The translations under genes and the position numbers were made by a program. 64,000 nucleotides of DNA from Flaccisagitta enflata (taxonomy: Eukaryota), in NCBI GenBank assembly GCA_965153355.1, contig OZ231126.1:44144001-44208000 (forward strand), written 5' to 3'. The notes under the pieces are model-generated. The model was not told where the DNA came from. It saw only the letters and a list, made by a program, of their open reading frames with translations, and made no database searches. Of the stretch, positions 10,586 through 23,809 are shown piece by piece (the stretch's first letter is position 1; the number at the start of each line of letters is the position of its first letter).

Positions 10586-13500
10586 CACACTGTTCCCATA
10601 TAGCGATTTAATCAGACTTGAGTGTCTGCGGTACTGATCGGCGGAGAAGTGTTCAGTGGTGTGTGGGGAACATCTCTCACTATTTGGTAAGTTTTTTTTA
10701 AAGCAAACTTTTCGTGAAATGCCCTCTATCATCAAGAACAAAAACAGGTCAGGTGGTGGTATCCATTCAACAGAAAGCTTACCTTGTTTCAAGAATAATT
10801 TCTAAACAAATTGGCCAAAATACTTGGAGATGGTCTCGATTTGAAGATATTTGGTTATATTTTATGAAAAAATCCATCATGAGAGATATCAGCCCCTTTG
10901 AGAGTCTGTAAGGGAGTTCCAACACAGGCCAAATGCTTGTAATTGACTGAAATCTGTGTCTTTATTTTTTTCACCTCCCCAAATCATGAAGTCCTTGCGT
11001 ATCTAAATGGAATCCAGTCCATTGGCCTGTCCTATGGTCAGCATATCAGTTTGTCTGTCTGTCCATCTGTTTGTCAGTTCGCATTTCAATCTGTCAGTCA
11101 TGTTTTCATAAGATCTCTGAAAACACTCTCAATGAATATGAATATGAATATGAATATGAATATTCCTCTCTCCTTTGTAATCATGTTTTATACATTCATT
11201 CATTTGTTCATTCATTCATTCATTTATTCATTCATTGATTCATTCATTTATTCATTTATTCATTCATTCATTCCTTTATTTATTCATTCATGGTTAGGCT
11301 GTCAGTTTGTCTGATCATTTGTTGGTCAGTTTACATTTCGATCTGTCAGTCATGTTTGCATAAGATCTCAGAAAACACTCTTAATCAATATTCCTTTCTC
11401 CTTTGTAATCATGTCTTATACATTCATTCATTCATTCATTCATCCATTTATTGGTTCATTAGTTCGTTCGTTTTTTCATTCATTCCATTATTGATTCATT
11501 CATTTATTCATTCAATTCATCTATTCATCCATTCATGCATTCATTCTTTCATTCATTTATTCATTCATTCATTCACTCATTCTGCGGGGTGTACATTTCA
11601 ATCAATCGAGCGTTCTTGTTTCAAGTTGCTTCAGTTACGACGTCGACCCGCATTAGAGAAGATACATTGCTGAGTTTAAAAGTGCTTGGTTAGATTTAAA
11701 GTTACCAATCATTCCTAAGGCTCAACTTTTGTTTGAGCGTTTGCGCGAAGAAATTGAGCAGACGGGTAAAAATTTGGTAACATTAAAATGAGTAAGGTGC
11801 GTGGGAGCTGGTAGGGACAGGGCTATGGAGGTGGAAAGGAGATTCAGGCAGATGCAGAGATGAGATCAGGAAGTAATAGTTGCAAAAGTGTTAGATGGTC
11901 AGCGGTATCCGAGCCCTGCCTAAGTTTGGGTTTAAATGAAGGGGAAGCAGGACCGCGGCCCAAAGAGGTCGATGACCTATGCTTTCACACATATGGGGAA
12001 TTTTCTTCTCCTTTTTGGGCAGCGACCCCAAAGCAAAGAGCCGATGTCCTGTAGGACACAGGGGGGAATTTTGAGACGTCCGTCCTTCCGTCCGTCCCCC
12101 CCCTGGCCAGCAGAGCCTCAGTTCTGCAGTCTCAGGCCTGATTTTGGCCCTCCTTCTCCTCCTCCTCCTCCATCCCCCACCAAAACCCAACCTTGAGGCT
12201 CAAATTCCAGTCTCTAGGCTCAAACCCCTGCCTCAAGGCCCAAATCCCAGCTTCTAGGCCCAAATCCTAGCCTGGAGGCCGGGACCTTGCTCTCTAAGCT
12301 GGGATTTGGACGACGAGGTTGAGATTTAGCCTCAAGGCTGGAATCTGGGCCTCCAGGCTAGGATTTGGGTCTCGAGGCTTGGATTTAGTCCTTGAGGCTG
12401 GGATTTGGGCCCCGAGACTGAGATTTGGGCCTCAAGACTGGAATTTGGTCCTTGAGACTGAAATTTGGGCCTCGAGAATGAGCTTTGAGGGGGGGTACGT
12501 GGGAGGAGAAAGGGAAGGAGAACAAGTCATCCAAGGATCGCACATGGTCAGCGGTACCCGATGCCCTGCTTGGAGTGATTAGCTGAAAAAGTGGAGTGAG
12601 AGCAGGGCAGCGGCCCCAAAGTCCTGAGTAATTATCCATAATATTCAATAGGAACTTTGCATTTTTTCAATTTCTTGTCAATTTGTCATGTCATTCAATA
12701 GGAATTTAACATTATTTTTAGTTTTTATCAATTTTCCATGTTATTCTATGGGAAACATACATTTTTTGCTTTTTTATTAATTTTCCATGTTATTCAATCG
12801 GAATTTGAGGCTTGAGAAGCTTGGGGATGGATATACGTAAGTATGGAAATTCATCCCTGTGTCTATGGACATCAGTCCTTTGGGCTGCTGCCCAAAAAAC
12901 GGAGAAAATTCCCCATATCTGTGAAAGCATAGGTCATCGACCCCTTGGGGGACGCTACCCAAAAAGAGCAAGAAAAGAAGGATGGACGAGTGAAATCGCT
13001 AAATCAGATCACATCCAAAAGAGTCCTTTGGTAGATCAGTCATATGTATCAATATAAGACCTCAGGCATGGGAACCGCACTCTGGAACGAAAGCGCGGGA
13101 GAGGCGATACACACTGATCTTCATCAATTCTACAAGGAAAGATTCAAATGCCCCTGCCTACAATGAAAAGCTTTTGAAGGCCGTGAAGTTGTACAATGTT
13201 TTGCATGTTTAAATTGAGTATTGAATTTGTAATATTAAATTCTGATTTCTTTCTGCGATCTTACGTACTCAAATGTGAATTCTTCTGCAATCTTACATAT
13301 TTTAATGTGAATTTTTTCTGCTAAATAGCATATTCAAATGTTTAAATGTTTGTAATATTCAAGTTGAAACAAGGCGGGATACATGGCTGCCCTAGTCGCG
13401 TGCGGGTGGGCAGGAGCAGTGCTGGAGAAGGTCACTAGAGCATCTGGGCAGGAGCCGTATGCTCAAAAAGCTAAAAGACGCCTAAAAAGTAAATAGTCAA

Positions 13501-15246
13501 AAAAGAGTTAGATGGTCAGTGGTACACGTTGCCCCTATGTGAGTATATGTTGTTTGATGGTGAGAGGGGCAGCGGCTCTGAAGGGGCCAATGACCTATGC
13601 TTAGTAAGTTTTGAGGATCTAGGCTTGAAAGTGAGCATAAATAATAGGATTTGAGTCTTAAGGCTGGAAATTGAGTCTCAAGGCTGTTATTTGAGCCTCA
13701 GGGCGGTGAATTGAGCCATTAGGCTGTAATTTGAGCCTGGAGGCTGTGATTTGAGCCTCGAGGCTGTAATTTGAGCCTCGAGGCTGTGATTTGAGTCTCG
13801 TGACTGGGATTGAGGCTTGAGGTTGGGATTTGAGCCTTGAGGTTGGAATGTGAGCCTCGAGGATGGAATATGAGCCTTGAGGCTGGAATTTGAGTCTTGC
13901 GACCAAGATTTGAGCCTCAAGGCTGGGATTTGAGCCTTGAGGCTGGGATTTGAGCCTCGATGTTGGGAATTGAGCCTCAAGGCTGGGATTTGAGCCTCTA
14001 AGCTTGGATTTGAACCTTGAGGTGGGGATTGGAGCTTCAAGGCTAGAGTTTGGGCCTTGAGGCTAGAATTTGGGCCTCAATACTAGGATTTGAGCCTCAA
14101 CGCAACAATATGAGCTTTGAAGGGGGTGGACAGAGGAGAAGAAGAAGAAGGAGAAGGAGAAATTTCTCTTGTGTGAAAGCATAGGTCATTGGCCCCTTTG
14201 GGGCCGCTGCCCAAAAGGGGACCGACCAACCAACCAACCGACAGACATAGCGGGGTGTAGGGACGCGTAGCACGCAACTAAAAATGATAGCTAAAAGTGA
14301 TAGCAAATGCTTTATCACGTCTCATTTGATAACTTTTCTCCCCAGGATTGAATCGCCACCCAGAAAATAAGCAACATGATTCTTAAGACACCATTGGTTT
14401 TTAGATGCATCATCGTATCCCTATAGGAGGGTTTGTCCATCTGTCAGTTGGTCCATCAGCCCTATGTTTGTCACGCCTTTTTCAAAAATCACGCAGATGA
14501 TGCATCGAGTTGTCGGGATGGGCTTGTTGAGTCATTCATGGGAATAATGCCTCCGAGGTTCCAGTTCACCAGCCATTGACAACCAACTGACCAACTAACC
14601 AACCAACCGACCAACTGACCAATCAACCAGCCAATCAATTAACCAACCAAGAGACAAAGCTTCAGATAGGGGTTCGTTGGCGAACTTAAGGAATAAACAC
14701 GAATGTCAATATTTAGATTGATTTAAGCATTTTTGTTTTAATTTTGGGCCCTGAGAGCTCTGTTGGTGGGCCCTTTGGGTACCAAATCATCAACTTAGTT
14801 ATTGATAAGTCATCCCTTATCAGTTATAGAGCAGCGAGGTACGACTCAAGTGTTTGACAAAAAAAAATCATGGGTTGTCATTTTTGACAATTCTTACCAT
14901 TTGGGTCTCTTTTGACAGCCTAAACAGAGCTTTTGCAAGGTAACAACCCATTTTTGATATATTTTTCGTAATTTACTTCAAAATATCTTGCAAACGAATC
15001 CAATCTCAGCTATTTTGATCTATCCGTTCCTAAGTTATGAACAAAACGAGGTAAACTATGAAAATAAAAAAGCCACCATCTGACCGGTTTTCCTTCCAGG
15101 CAGCAAGGGGTGGTTTACAAAAATTTTGCTTTCCAAAAAACTTGCCAGATAGTGGCTGATGTTCCCATAATATTGGAGAACACTTCCCCATCAATCACCA
15201 ACCCAGACACTCAAGTCTGATTAAGTCGCTGTATGGGAACAGTGTG
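10586..15246. mobile_element. Chapaev/Transib-like (CMC group) non-autonomous element, filled with nested repeats
   Basis: TIR CACACTGTTCCCATA.AGCGA.TTAATCAGACTTGAGTGTCTG (43 bp, 2 mismatches; about 125 bp imperfect); 4-bp direct repeat AGAA on both flanks. Confidence 0.7.
13367..14285 (-). mobile_element. Family A element with a complete family B1 element (about 13493-14216) nested in its A-run
   Basis: Family A halves at 13367-13492 and 14217-14285 are split by a B1 copy with both inverted repeats and the 20-bp array. Confidence 0.7.
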
Positions 15247-15268
15247 AGAAGTTTGTGCACTGGAGTAA

Positions 15269-15622
15269 TTTTTAGTCGCGTGCACGCGACTCTACAACCC
15301 GCTTTGTCCGTCGGTCGGTCGGTCGGTTGGTTGGTCGGTCACACTTTACTTTTTTATCACTTTTATTTCTTTAAGTTATTTTAAGTCATTCTAAGTAATT
15401 TTAAGGTATTTTAAGTCATTCTGAGTCATTTTAAGTCATTTTAAGTCATTTTAAGTCACTCTAAGTCATTTTTGGTTATTAGGTCATTCCATTATTTTAG
15501 GTCCTTGTTGGTCTTTTTAAGTCATTTTAGGTCATTCAAATTCATTCTAAGTCATTCTTAGGCATTCTAAGTCATTCTAGAAATCAAAGTCTTGCACGCG
15601 ACTTATAGGTGTTGGCCTTGTT
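15269..15622 (+). mobile_element. HINE-like family A copy
   Basis: Same termini, (GTCG)n and 10-bp array as 1607-2141. Confidence 0.75.
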
Positions 15623-15870
15623 ATAGAAACAAAGTGGGATACACAGCCACCCCAGTCCCATGCGGGTAGGCAGGGGCTATATTTGAGGTCACTAGACCAT
15701 TTGGGCAGGAGTAATGAGGTCAGAGAAAAAGAAATAAATAGAAGTGGGAGGGAATTACAGACTAACTAATGGATGGACAGATGTACAAAGCGGGCTTTAC
15801 AATTACGTAGCATGCGACCAAAAATCAAATGATTGGGGGGGGGAAGGGGGCTGGGGTCAGGGATGGGGGG

Positions 15871-16500
15871 TTGGGTGTGCTAATATGCAAAAGGTTTTTT
15901 GATCAGATCATCATCATCAAGGAGTATTGGGACATTAATTCTAAGATACTTACCATTTTTGTTTTTTCAAATCTTATTCATCTTCCGTTTTTTTCGAAAT
16001 CCCCATCTAGCCCCTAGCTTGTATATTGTCATGCAGCTGGTTTTGCACCTGGATTATTGATGACAAGAAAAAAATCAAAACACTTTGGTACTCTTATTCC
16101 TTATACTATGAAGAATTAGTGAAAATCTTCTGCATTTATACAAGAAGGCTGGATACACGGCCACCAGTTGCGGACGGGTGGGCAAGGGTGGATATGCGCG
16201 TTTTCCCACTTTTCAACTTGTGGTCATGGACCAATGGACCGACGGACAGACCGACAGACCAACAGAGGGACTAAGCCTCTTATAGAGTTGCGTGTCTGCA
16301 ACTAAAAAACATAACTTTCTAAATGATACATCAGTTTCATTTTCAACAAAACTGGGTGCAGTTGCTAAAAGTATATATATGTTGTACTAATCTTGCCTTT
16401 ACGTAAAAAAAGCAGGAAGATGATTAGAGTGAAAAGACAAAAAATGGTAAGTGTCTTATATTAATTTGATGCTCCTGATGATGATAAGGCTGATCCCAGG
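15871..16500. mobile_element. MULE-like TIR element (relative of 23647-28904) with a nested family A copy at about 16141-16308
   Basis: TTGGGTGTGCTAATATGCAAAAGG...GATCAGATCATCATCATC left end; partial inverted copy near 16445-16497; colinear with 23647-23807 plus 25809-26065. Confidence 0.65.
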
Positions 16501-17389
16501 AGCTCCGATAGAGGCCTATACAACCTAACACAAATTGCAAGGCGGGCTGTGAGGGCCACGGGTGGGGCCTAACTGTGCCTCAAAAAGAATAAGATGAGGC
16601 AAAGGGAGAGAAGAAGAAAAAAGAATGAAGAAAAAAGAAAAGAAAGAATAGTGTAAGCGTTACATAGTCAATGCCATGGCCCTAAGTTAGTGTGTGTGGG
16701 AATGAGATTGTAAGAGGGCAGCAGCGGAGGGCTGTGATCTATGATTTCAGGACAATTTTCTCCGGTTTGAGAAGCTGGTTTGGAGGGCTGAAAGAGAGGC
16801 CTGATTTGCAGATGTGAGCGATGGTTTAGGGTCTGAGAGGCTTGATTGGGGTCTGAAAGGCCTTATTTGGGGTCTAGAGGGTCTAATTTGCATGGGGTCT
16901 GAAAACCCTGACATGGGGTCTGAGGCCTGATTTGGATCTGAGGCCCGAATAGCCTAACATGGGGTCTGAGGCCTGATTTGAATCTGAGAGGCCGAATTTG
17001 GAGTCTGAGAAGCCTGATTTGGGGTCTAGGAGGCCTGATTTGAAATTTGAGAAGCCTGATTTGGGGTCAGAAAGTCTGATTTGGAGTCAAAAAGGGAAGC
17101 CTGATTTACGGTCTAAGGAGGCTTTATTTGAGCTGAGAGGGATGACGGTGAGCAGGAAAGAATTGCTTGCTTATATTGGAATCATAGGTCGTCCGGCCCC
17201 TCGGGCCGCTGCCCAAGGAAAGATAATGAAAAAAAAATTGAAAAACAAAATAAAAAGAGAGAGAAAAAAAATTCTATGACCCACTATGAACTTGAATCCT
17301 ATATAAATTTGTAGTGTTGCTAATTTATCAGATTTTCTGTTTTTTGGTTGCTTTATTTTTTTCCATTTTTGTTACAGATGTATGTAGAT

Positions 17390-19646
17390 CAGGGGTATCA
17401 TGATTTTTTTTTTTACAGTATCGACCGGGTCGATCAAATCATGGTCCATCCCCAAAAAAGTATTGACTCAGGATCAACCCTAGGTCGATTTTTTGTCAAT
17501 AATCCTTTTTTCCCATTTACAAATGCTGGTTACAGTCAGAACAACATGTTTTAGAAACCAATCGGTATCACAAGATAAGATATCACATCCTAGTTCAAAA
17601 CGGTTTCCCTAATAGATAAAAACAGGTACCAAAATGTGGTCAGGTGGCCCGTTTTCACATCTGGGACCTGAAAAGACGGGTGCCCTGACTGAAAAAAACG
17701 GGTGCACTAACTGAATAAAAACGGGTCCCATGACTGAAAAAATGGGTGCCCTATGGGTGCCCTGAGCAGTTTTTGAAATACCGCATACACCCTAAAGTGT
17801 AGGCATACATCATACTGTGCCTACATTTCATAGTGAATCATGAATAGTGAATCATGATTTTCATCAAAAAACTCATCTTACATTTTTCCTTTACATATTG
17901 AGACCCACTGAAGAAGATGGTGGGGATCCCGTTTTTCAGTCAAGGCCTTCATTTTATAAAGACTTAGAAAATAAATGTGGTCCTGCTAAAAAGCAGATAC
18001 CAAAACAGGTGTCATGATGAAAAATGGGTAAAAAAAAGGTGCCTGACCAAAAACAGTGCCATGGTACATCAAACTAGGATGTGGATATGAAGATTTTACC
18101 TTTACTTTGTGCCCAATAAGTGACCACTTGAATTTTGGTGTGTGTAAATTCCCATCTTCCTGGAAATTAGTCAGAAAGTACTTTTTCTATCAATGTCATG
18201 TACTGCATACTTGGAAGGCTTTTTCAAAATAGAGGAGTATTTTTGGATGAAGAGATCATTCTTTCCTTTATCTCTGTTATGGGTCACAATCAGGGAAAGG
18301 TGTAGTAGGCCTTGATCTTCAACTTGAATTCTAGAGCTGAGCGGATCTCATGAAAAGCTCGCCCCCTGAAGTGTTGACTGTTGTTACAGGCTCTATCTGC
18401 CCACCAGTCTGACCGTTCTTGGGTGCTGTTCTGACGGAGATTTGATTTCTCGCCAGTCAGCTAATAAGCTGTTATTATCTTCTTCTTAGGGCCCCTAAGG
18501 GCCCAAAAACCCTCATTAAGAATCTTTTGAAAAAAAAGAAGTGGGTGCGATCAATAGAAATTGTTGCCTAGATCAAATCATATTTTCACTTTTTAAAAAA
18601 ACTTAGAAAATTTTTATGTCGCACGAGGACTTAAAAAATCTATATTTTTGAAAAATGGTCAGCAAAAGTGGGAGTGCAATCAGCCTAAGGAATTGTTTGA
18701 TTTGCCTAGATCCAAAATCCTACATTTTCATTTTTTTTTCAAAAAACTTAAAAAAATTTTGTGTATCGAGCGTCAGGGACTTTGAAAAAAAAATCACAAA
18801 ATGTATTTTTGAAAAATGGTTTCACGAGGGAAGAGTGGGAATTACTCAATGAGAAATGGTTTGATTTGCCTAGATCCAAAATCTTGTAATTTCATTTTTT
18901 CTAAAAAACTGAAATTTTTTTGTATCATGCGTCAGGGGACTTGCTAAAAAAGAATTACAAATGAAAAATGGTTTTCAAAAGTGAGGTGCAATTGATGAGG
19001 ATGTTTTATTCACTTAGATCCAAAACCTGTCAAGTCCACTTTTTCTCAAAAGATTAGAAAAATTTGATTGGGGGAAATGATTCAAAGGAAAAAACAGAAA
19101 AAAAGAAGCGTCAGTTTTTTCTCTTTTACCTTTTCCAAGTATGAAGTCTTAACTAAACTATTGATGCGATTGTCCTGAAATTTGAAATACTAGCTGACGT
19201 CATGCTTCTCGACGTACAAGCTAAAAATCTCAATTGTGAACCGTCGTAAAGTTGGGCGCACTTCTTTGCCTAGTGTAAGCGAACCCGGTGATGCTTAACT
19301 CGATTGGAAGCAACTTTTGGTGGACAATCTGCTGAATTTTCTCGCCTTGGTTCCATAGTTTTCTGCGCATTTTTCATTTTTTAAGAGATGATTTTTTGAA
19401 ATTGTTTTCACTTGTTCATCATTCCATTTTATTGAACATCAAAAGGGTTCAATTTTACAAGCTTATTTTTTATTTTTAACTCAGAGATCAGTCTCATTAC
19501 TAAATCTATGCTAGCTTCCTTTGAGCTGGAAAAAAGACAAAAAATCGACCCGATACATTTGTGTTTTGGTGAATCAGGAAGATTTTTTAGAAATATAGAA
19601 AATCGACCCGATTAATCGGCCTGTCGATAGTATTGTGACACCTCTG
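17390..19646. mobile_element. Non-autonomous hAT-like element
   Basis: Imperfect TIR CAGGGGTATCA / TGACACCTCTG; exact 8-bp TSD ATGTAGAT (17382-17389, 19647-19654); subterminal ATCGACC repeats; internal 20-bp and 120-160-bp tandem repeats. Confidence 0.8.
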
Positions 19647-20408
19647 ATGTAGATCAAGATACTTTGTTCATTACTTGTATGGAAATTCTTCTTCAGATTA
19701 AATGCATGATGACTGAAGAGTATTTTGAATGTGCTATGGCGCGCGCACCATTTGTTTGAAGCAGGGGAAGAGGGAATTAGGGCCCAGATTTTTGAATTGT
19801 ATAGAGGCCCAAAATTCCTCTGTCGGCTTCTGGGCTGATCAAAAGACCTTTTGCATATTGACACACTCGAACCAAACAGAGGAAAATCGCATATCCTGGT
19901 CCCATACAGATTTACTCTGTGCCCCTGATTGGTATCCCTTCACCCTACTTAAATAATGTGGAGAACAAAAATCATGAAGATGACCATTTTCAAAATTCAT
20001 TCATCTTCACGTAACATTTTGATCTTAAAGAAGTTTCTGATTTTTTCTAATTCAGCAAAATCCTATGTAGTTTTGTTACAAAAAGGATAATTATTTGTTT
20101 TTAAAAATCGTGATGTTTGTTAAAATAAACAAGAGTATCAGAACACGAACATAAGCTATGAAAGAGCTAATAAGGAAGAGTAATAATTGTATGAAAAGTA
20201 GAAATTTGTAAAAGCTAATTCAAAGATTGTCAGCGTATTGTTTTATCCCACTGCATTATGTATGCAAATGAGGTCCTCAAAAACATTTTTCTTAAAAAAC
20301 GGAAGGTGAACAGCTTTTAATAAAAGAAAAATGGTAAGGTCCTAAGATTGGCCACTCCAAATCAGGTAAAGAAATAACCAACTTTTGCCAGTAGGCACCT
20401 CACAATAG

Positions 20409-21000
20409 GTCTAAATCACCACCTATCAAGTAAAATTACCTTTCTCAACTCCAGCACCCCCAAACTACCCCTTCCCACCTTTTTGAACAGCTCTAAATCA
20501 TCACCTATCAAGTAAGTGCCTATCTCAGCTCAGCACCCAAACCACCCCTTTCCACCCACACAGTAGCTCAAATCACCACCTATCCAGTAAGTACCTATCT
20601 CAACTCCCTTTTCCCTCAAGCCACCACCACCCATTGTGGCTCTAAATCACCACCTATCAGAAATGCAGAACACACTGTCTCAACTCCTACCCCAAGCCAC
20701 CTTCTCTACCCACCTGGCAGCTCTAAAATCACCTACTATCCAAACCAAGGTACCTATCTCTCTGACTCCTGCACCCCAAACCACCCCTTTCCACCCACTG
20801 ACAAGCTCAAATCACCTACACTCAAATAAAAGGTACCTATCTCAACTCCTGCACCCCCAAAGCACCTAACACCACCCACCTGGCCAGCTCTAAGTCACAC
20901 CTATCAAATAAAATTACATATTTCAACTCCCAGCACCACCAAGCACCCTTCACCCACCACAGCTCATGATGACCTATCAAGTAAAATTACCTATCTCAGC
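20409..21000. repeat. C/A-rich minisatellite, about 70-85-bp degenerate units
   Basis: Recurrent 'ctctaaatcaccacctatcaagtaa...acctatctcaactcc..cacccc'. Confidence 0.8.
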
Positions 21001-21659
21001 TCTTAGCAAAGGATTCTTTTCACCCTCTTTGGCAGGGAAAGGAGTTGAAGTCAGTCTTCGACTTTTTGGCCTATTCCTGTAGTGGCACTTGGGCACTTTT
21101 GAAGTGAAATGAAACATTGTCATTCTCAACCTGGTCGTGCCCCCATGTACACTCATGTAGAAATGATTTTAAATGAAACGTAATGTTTTGGACAAAAATT
21201 TTATATTTCAATGTAATAAAGCACTAAAACAAAGAATATTTTCATATTGCATACCATTCTTATATTTTTTATTTCATTAAACAACATGATTTACAATAGA
21301 TTTGAAAGGATTTTTTCCAAAAATAAAAGTCTGTCATGAGCTCTCTCTTTCTTCAAAAGGGGGGGGGCGCTAATTAGAGGGGGGGCGATAAATGCAGGAA
21401 ATACGGTATTCGAGAGAAACAGGGTTTTCATTTTCTTATGCGAAAGTTAGGATCTCCAGCTGACGAATGGGCTCTCCAATAGAAATTGATAAGGTAAGTA
21501 AATTTAATAATTCTTTACATTCATTGGCAAAACAATGCTCTACGACAAATATTTTTTAGTGAATTTTTAAGATTTATTTACAAATTACAGATGAATTTTT
21601 TCGATTTTTATGATTTAGTAGATCTGAAAGGAGTGTATTTATGTTTGTTTGAGAATGCA

Positions 21660-22030
21660 AATACAAAAAAACATGTTTATGAGCATAGCTGCTCATCTGT
21701 GAGGGTGTTTTGGAGGATTCTAGCTCATTTAGCTCAATTTTTTTTAAATTCTAAATCTGATAAATGAATAAATATTTTGATACATGTTTAAGAAAGCAGA
21801 TACATAAAAGCATATCAGTGAGCATAACTGCTCATCTGTGAGAGTGTTTTAAAGCATTTTAGCTCACTTAGCTCATTTATCTCAGTCTTTTTTTTTCTGA
21901 CTTTTTATGGGATCAATAAATATTTTGATGGGAGCATATAAATACAAGAAAGCATGTCAGTGAGCATAGCTGATTGTCTGGTTGAGTGATTTTGAGCATT
22001 GTAGCTCATCTGGCTCATTTGGCTCAGTCC
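21660..22030. repeat. About 140-bp degenerate tandem repeat, three copies
   Basis: Recurrent 'tgagcatagctgctcatctgtgag.gtgtttt...tagctcatttagctca'. Confidence 0.7.
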
Positions 22031-23509
22031 TATCTTTCTCTGATTTTCAGTGCAATCAATACATACAATTGCTTTTGATTTGATCTAATAAAAAAAAGAT
22101 TTGCAGTGATTAAAGACAAAAGTTTGGTGAAAACCGACCAATGCTTACGACTTTTTTTCTCACGGCGACACTCGCCATTACTGGTACCTTATGTGGAGTG
22201 ACTAATCATCAGTTAGACGTGTAAGACTCAAGTAGATTTGATTTCAAAGAAAGTTCGAAGCTTTTATTTTGCTCATGGATATGAAGTACTTCTGATCATC
22301 CTGGGTTGCATTGTTAAGAGAGGCAAAAATTGAGAAATTGTTGGATTTTTTTCTTTGCCATGATTAATTGGTTTTATAATTCTGTTTGCGAGTTGAGAGT
22401 TTCTCCAAAGTCAGAAAACGAACACGTTTTGTGAAAAATACGGTCCTATACTCATATAGGTTATAGCTTATTTTGGAAGAATCAGGGGTTGGTGACAGGC
22501 TGGTGAAGTATTGTGGTCAAAATAGGTACTGTAATAAGTTAAGGCGAATGGCAAATGCTTATACGGCTACCCAAGTCATGCACGGGTGGGCAGGGGCAGA
22601 TATGCACACTAGTCGCAAATTCGTTAACATGGTCAGCGGTACCCGACGCCCCTATGTTAGTGTATGTGGGGATAAAATGAAGAGGTAGGCAGCTGCCCCG
22701 GAGGGACCGATGACCTATGATTCCACTGATTTGTTGTTGCCAGAGAGGATTGATCTGGGCCTGGAGGAGATTTTGACAAATGAGGGTTTGAGAAGCTGAT
22801 TGAGAGCTGTTTGAGATGTCTGATTGGGGTTTGAGAGGCTTCTATCTGGATCTGAGATCAGATCTGAGATCTGAGAAAAAAAGAAAAGAAAAAAAATCAG
22901 ACTATTGTTTCAATATACAGACTTCAAGAAAACATGCAAATCATTTGTTTTCATTTTCGAAATGCAATTAGTTAAAATCAAGGATTATAGAGAACATCCC
23001 AATTTATCAAACATAAAAAAATGAGCATCAAATTCTGATCTTGACCTAATTTTTTCAAAAACACATTTTTAAAAGAATAGATGAATGAATGAATGTTAGG
23101 CTTAAAATCTTGAAAATTCAGGTGCGTGCTAAGAACATCAAAGTATTTTTAACATGTACAACAAGAACAATATAAAAATATATCAAGATTAATGATTCTA
23201 TCATAAAAGGAAGTTCATAGGACTATCAGATGCGTTTTAGATTTGCGAGGACGCACATAAAAAGCTGTATCAGACATTTTTGCCTAAATTATGTATAGCA
23301 ATAAAGCACTTTAGTTGCGAACACGCTTTGTCCGTCGGTCCGTCGGTCCGTTGGACTGTTGTTCCGTGGCGATCCAGTCGAAAATTGAAAAAAAAGCGTC
23401 TTACTTTTTGTGCATGTTTGAGTGTGGGCCGTGGGGGGGGGGGGGGTTGATGAGGGTTGGACGCCCCTGCCCACCCGGACGCAACGATATTGTGACCCCG
23501 CTTTACTTT

Positions 23510-23605
<96 letters not shown>

Positions 23606-23809
23606 CCTTTCTGGCCAAAACTGTAGCTAGCAAGGAGATAAGGCAGTCGGGTGTGTCAATATGCAAAAGGTTTTTTGATCAGATCATCATCATCATCAGG
23701 GAGTGTTAGGACATTAAATCTAAGACGCTTACCGTTTTTCTTTTTTCAAATTTCATTTGTCTTCCGTTTTTTTCTAAATTCCTATTTAGCCCCTTATTTG
23801 TATATTGTA

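Noticed and set aside
18000-18480. Possible transposase remnant inside the hAT-like element
   Set aside because: No recognisable motif and frequent stops
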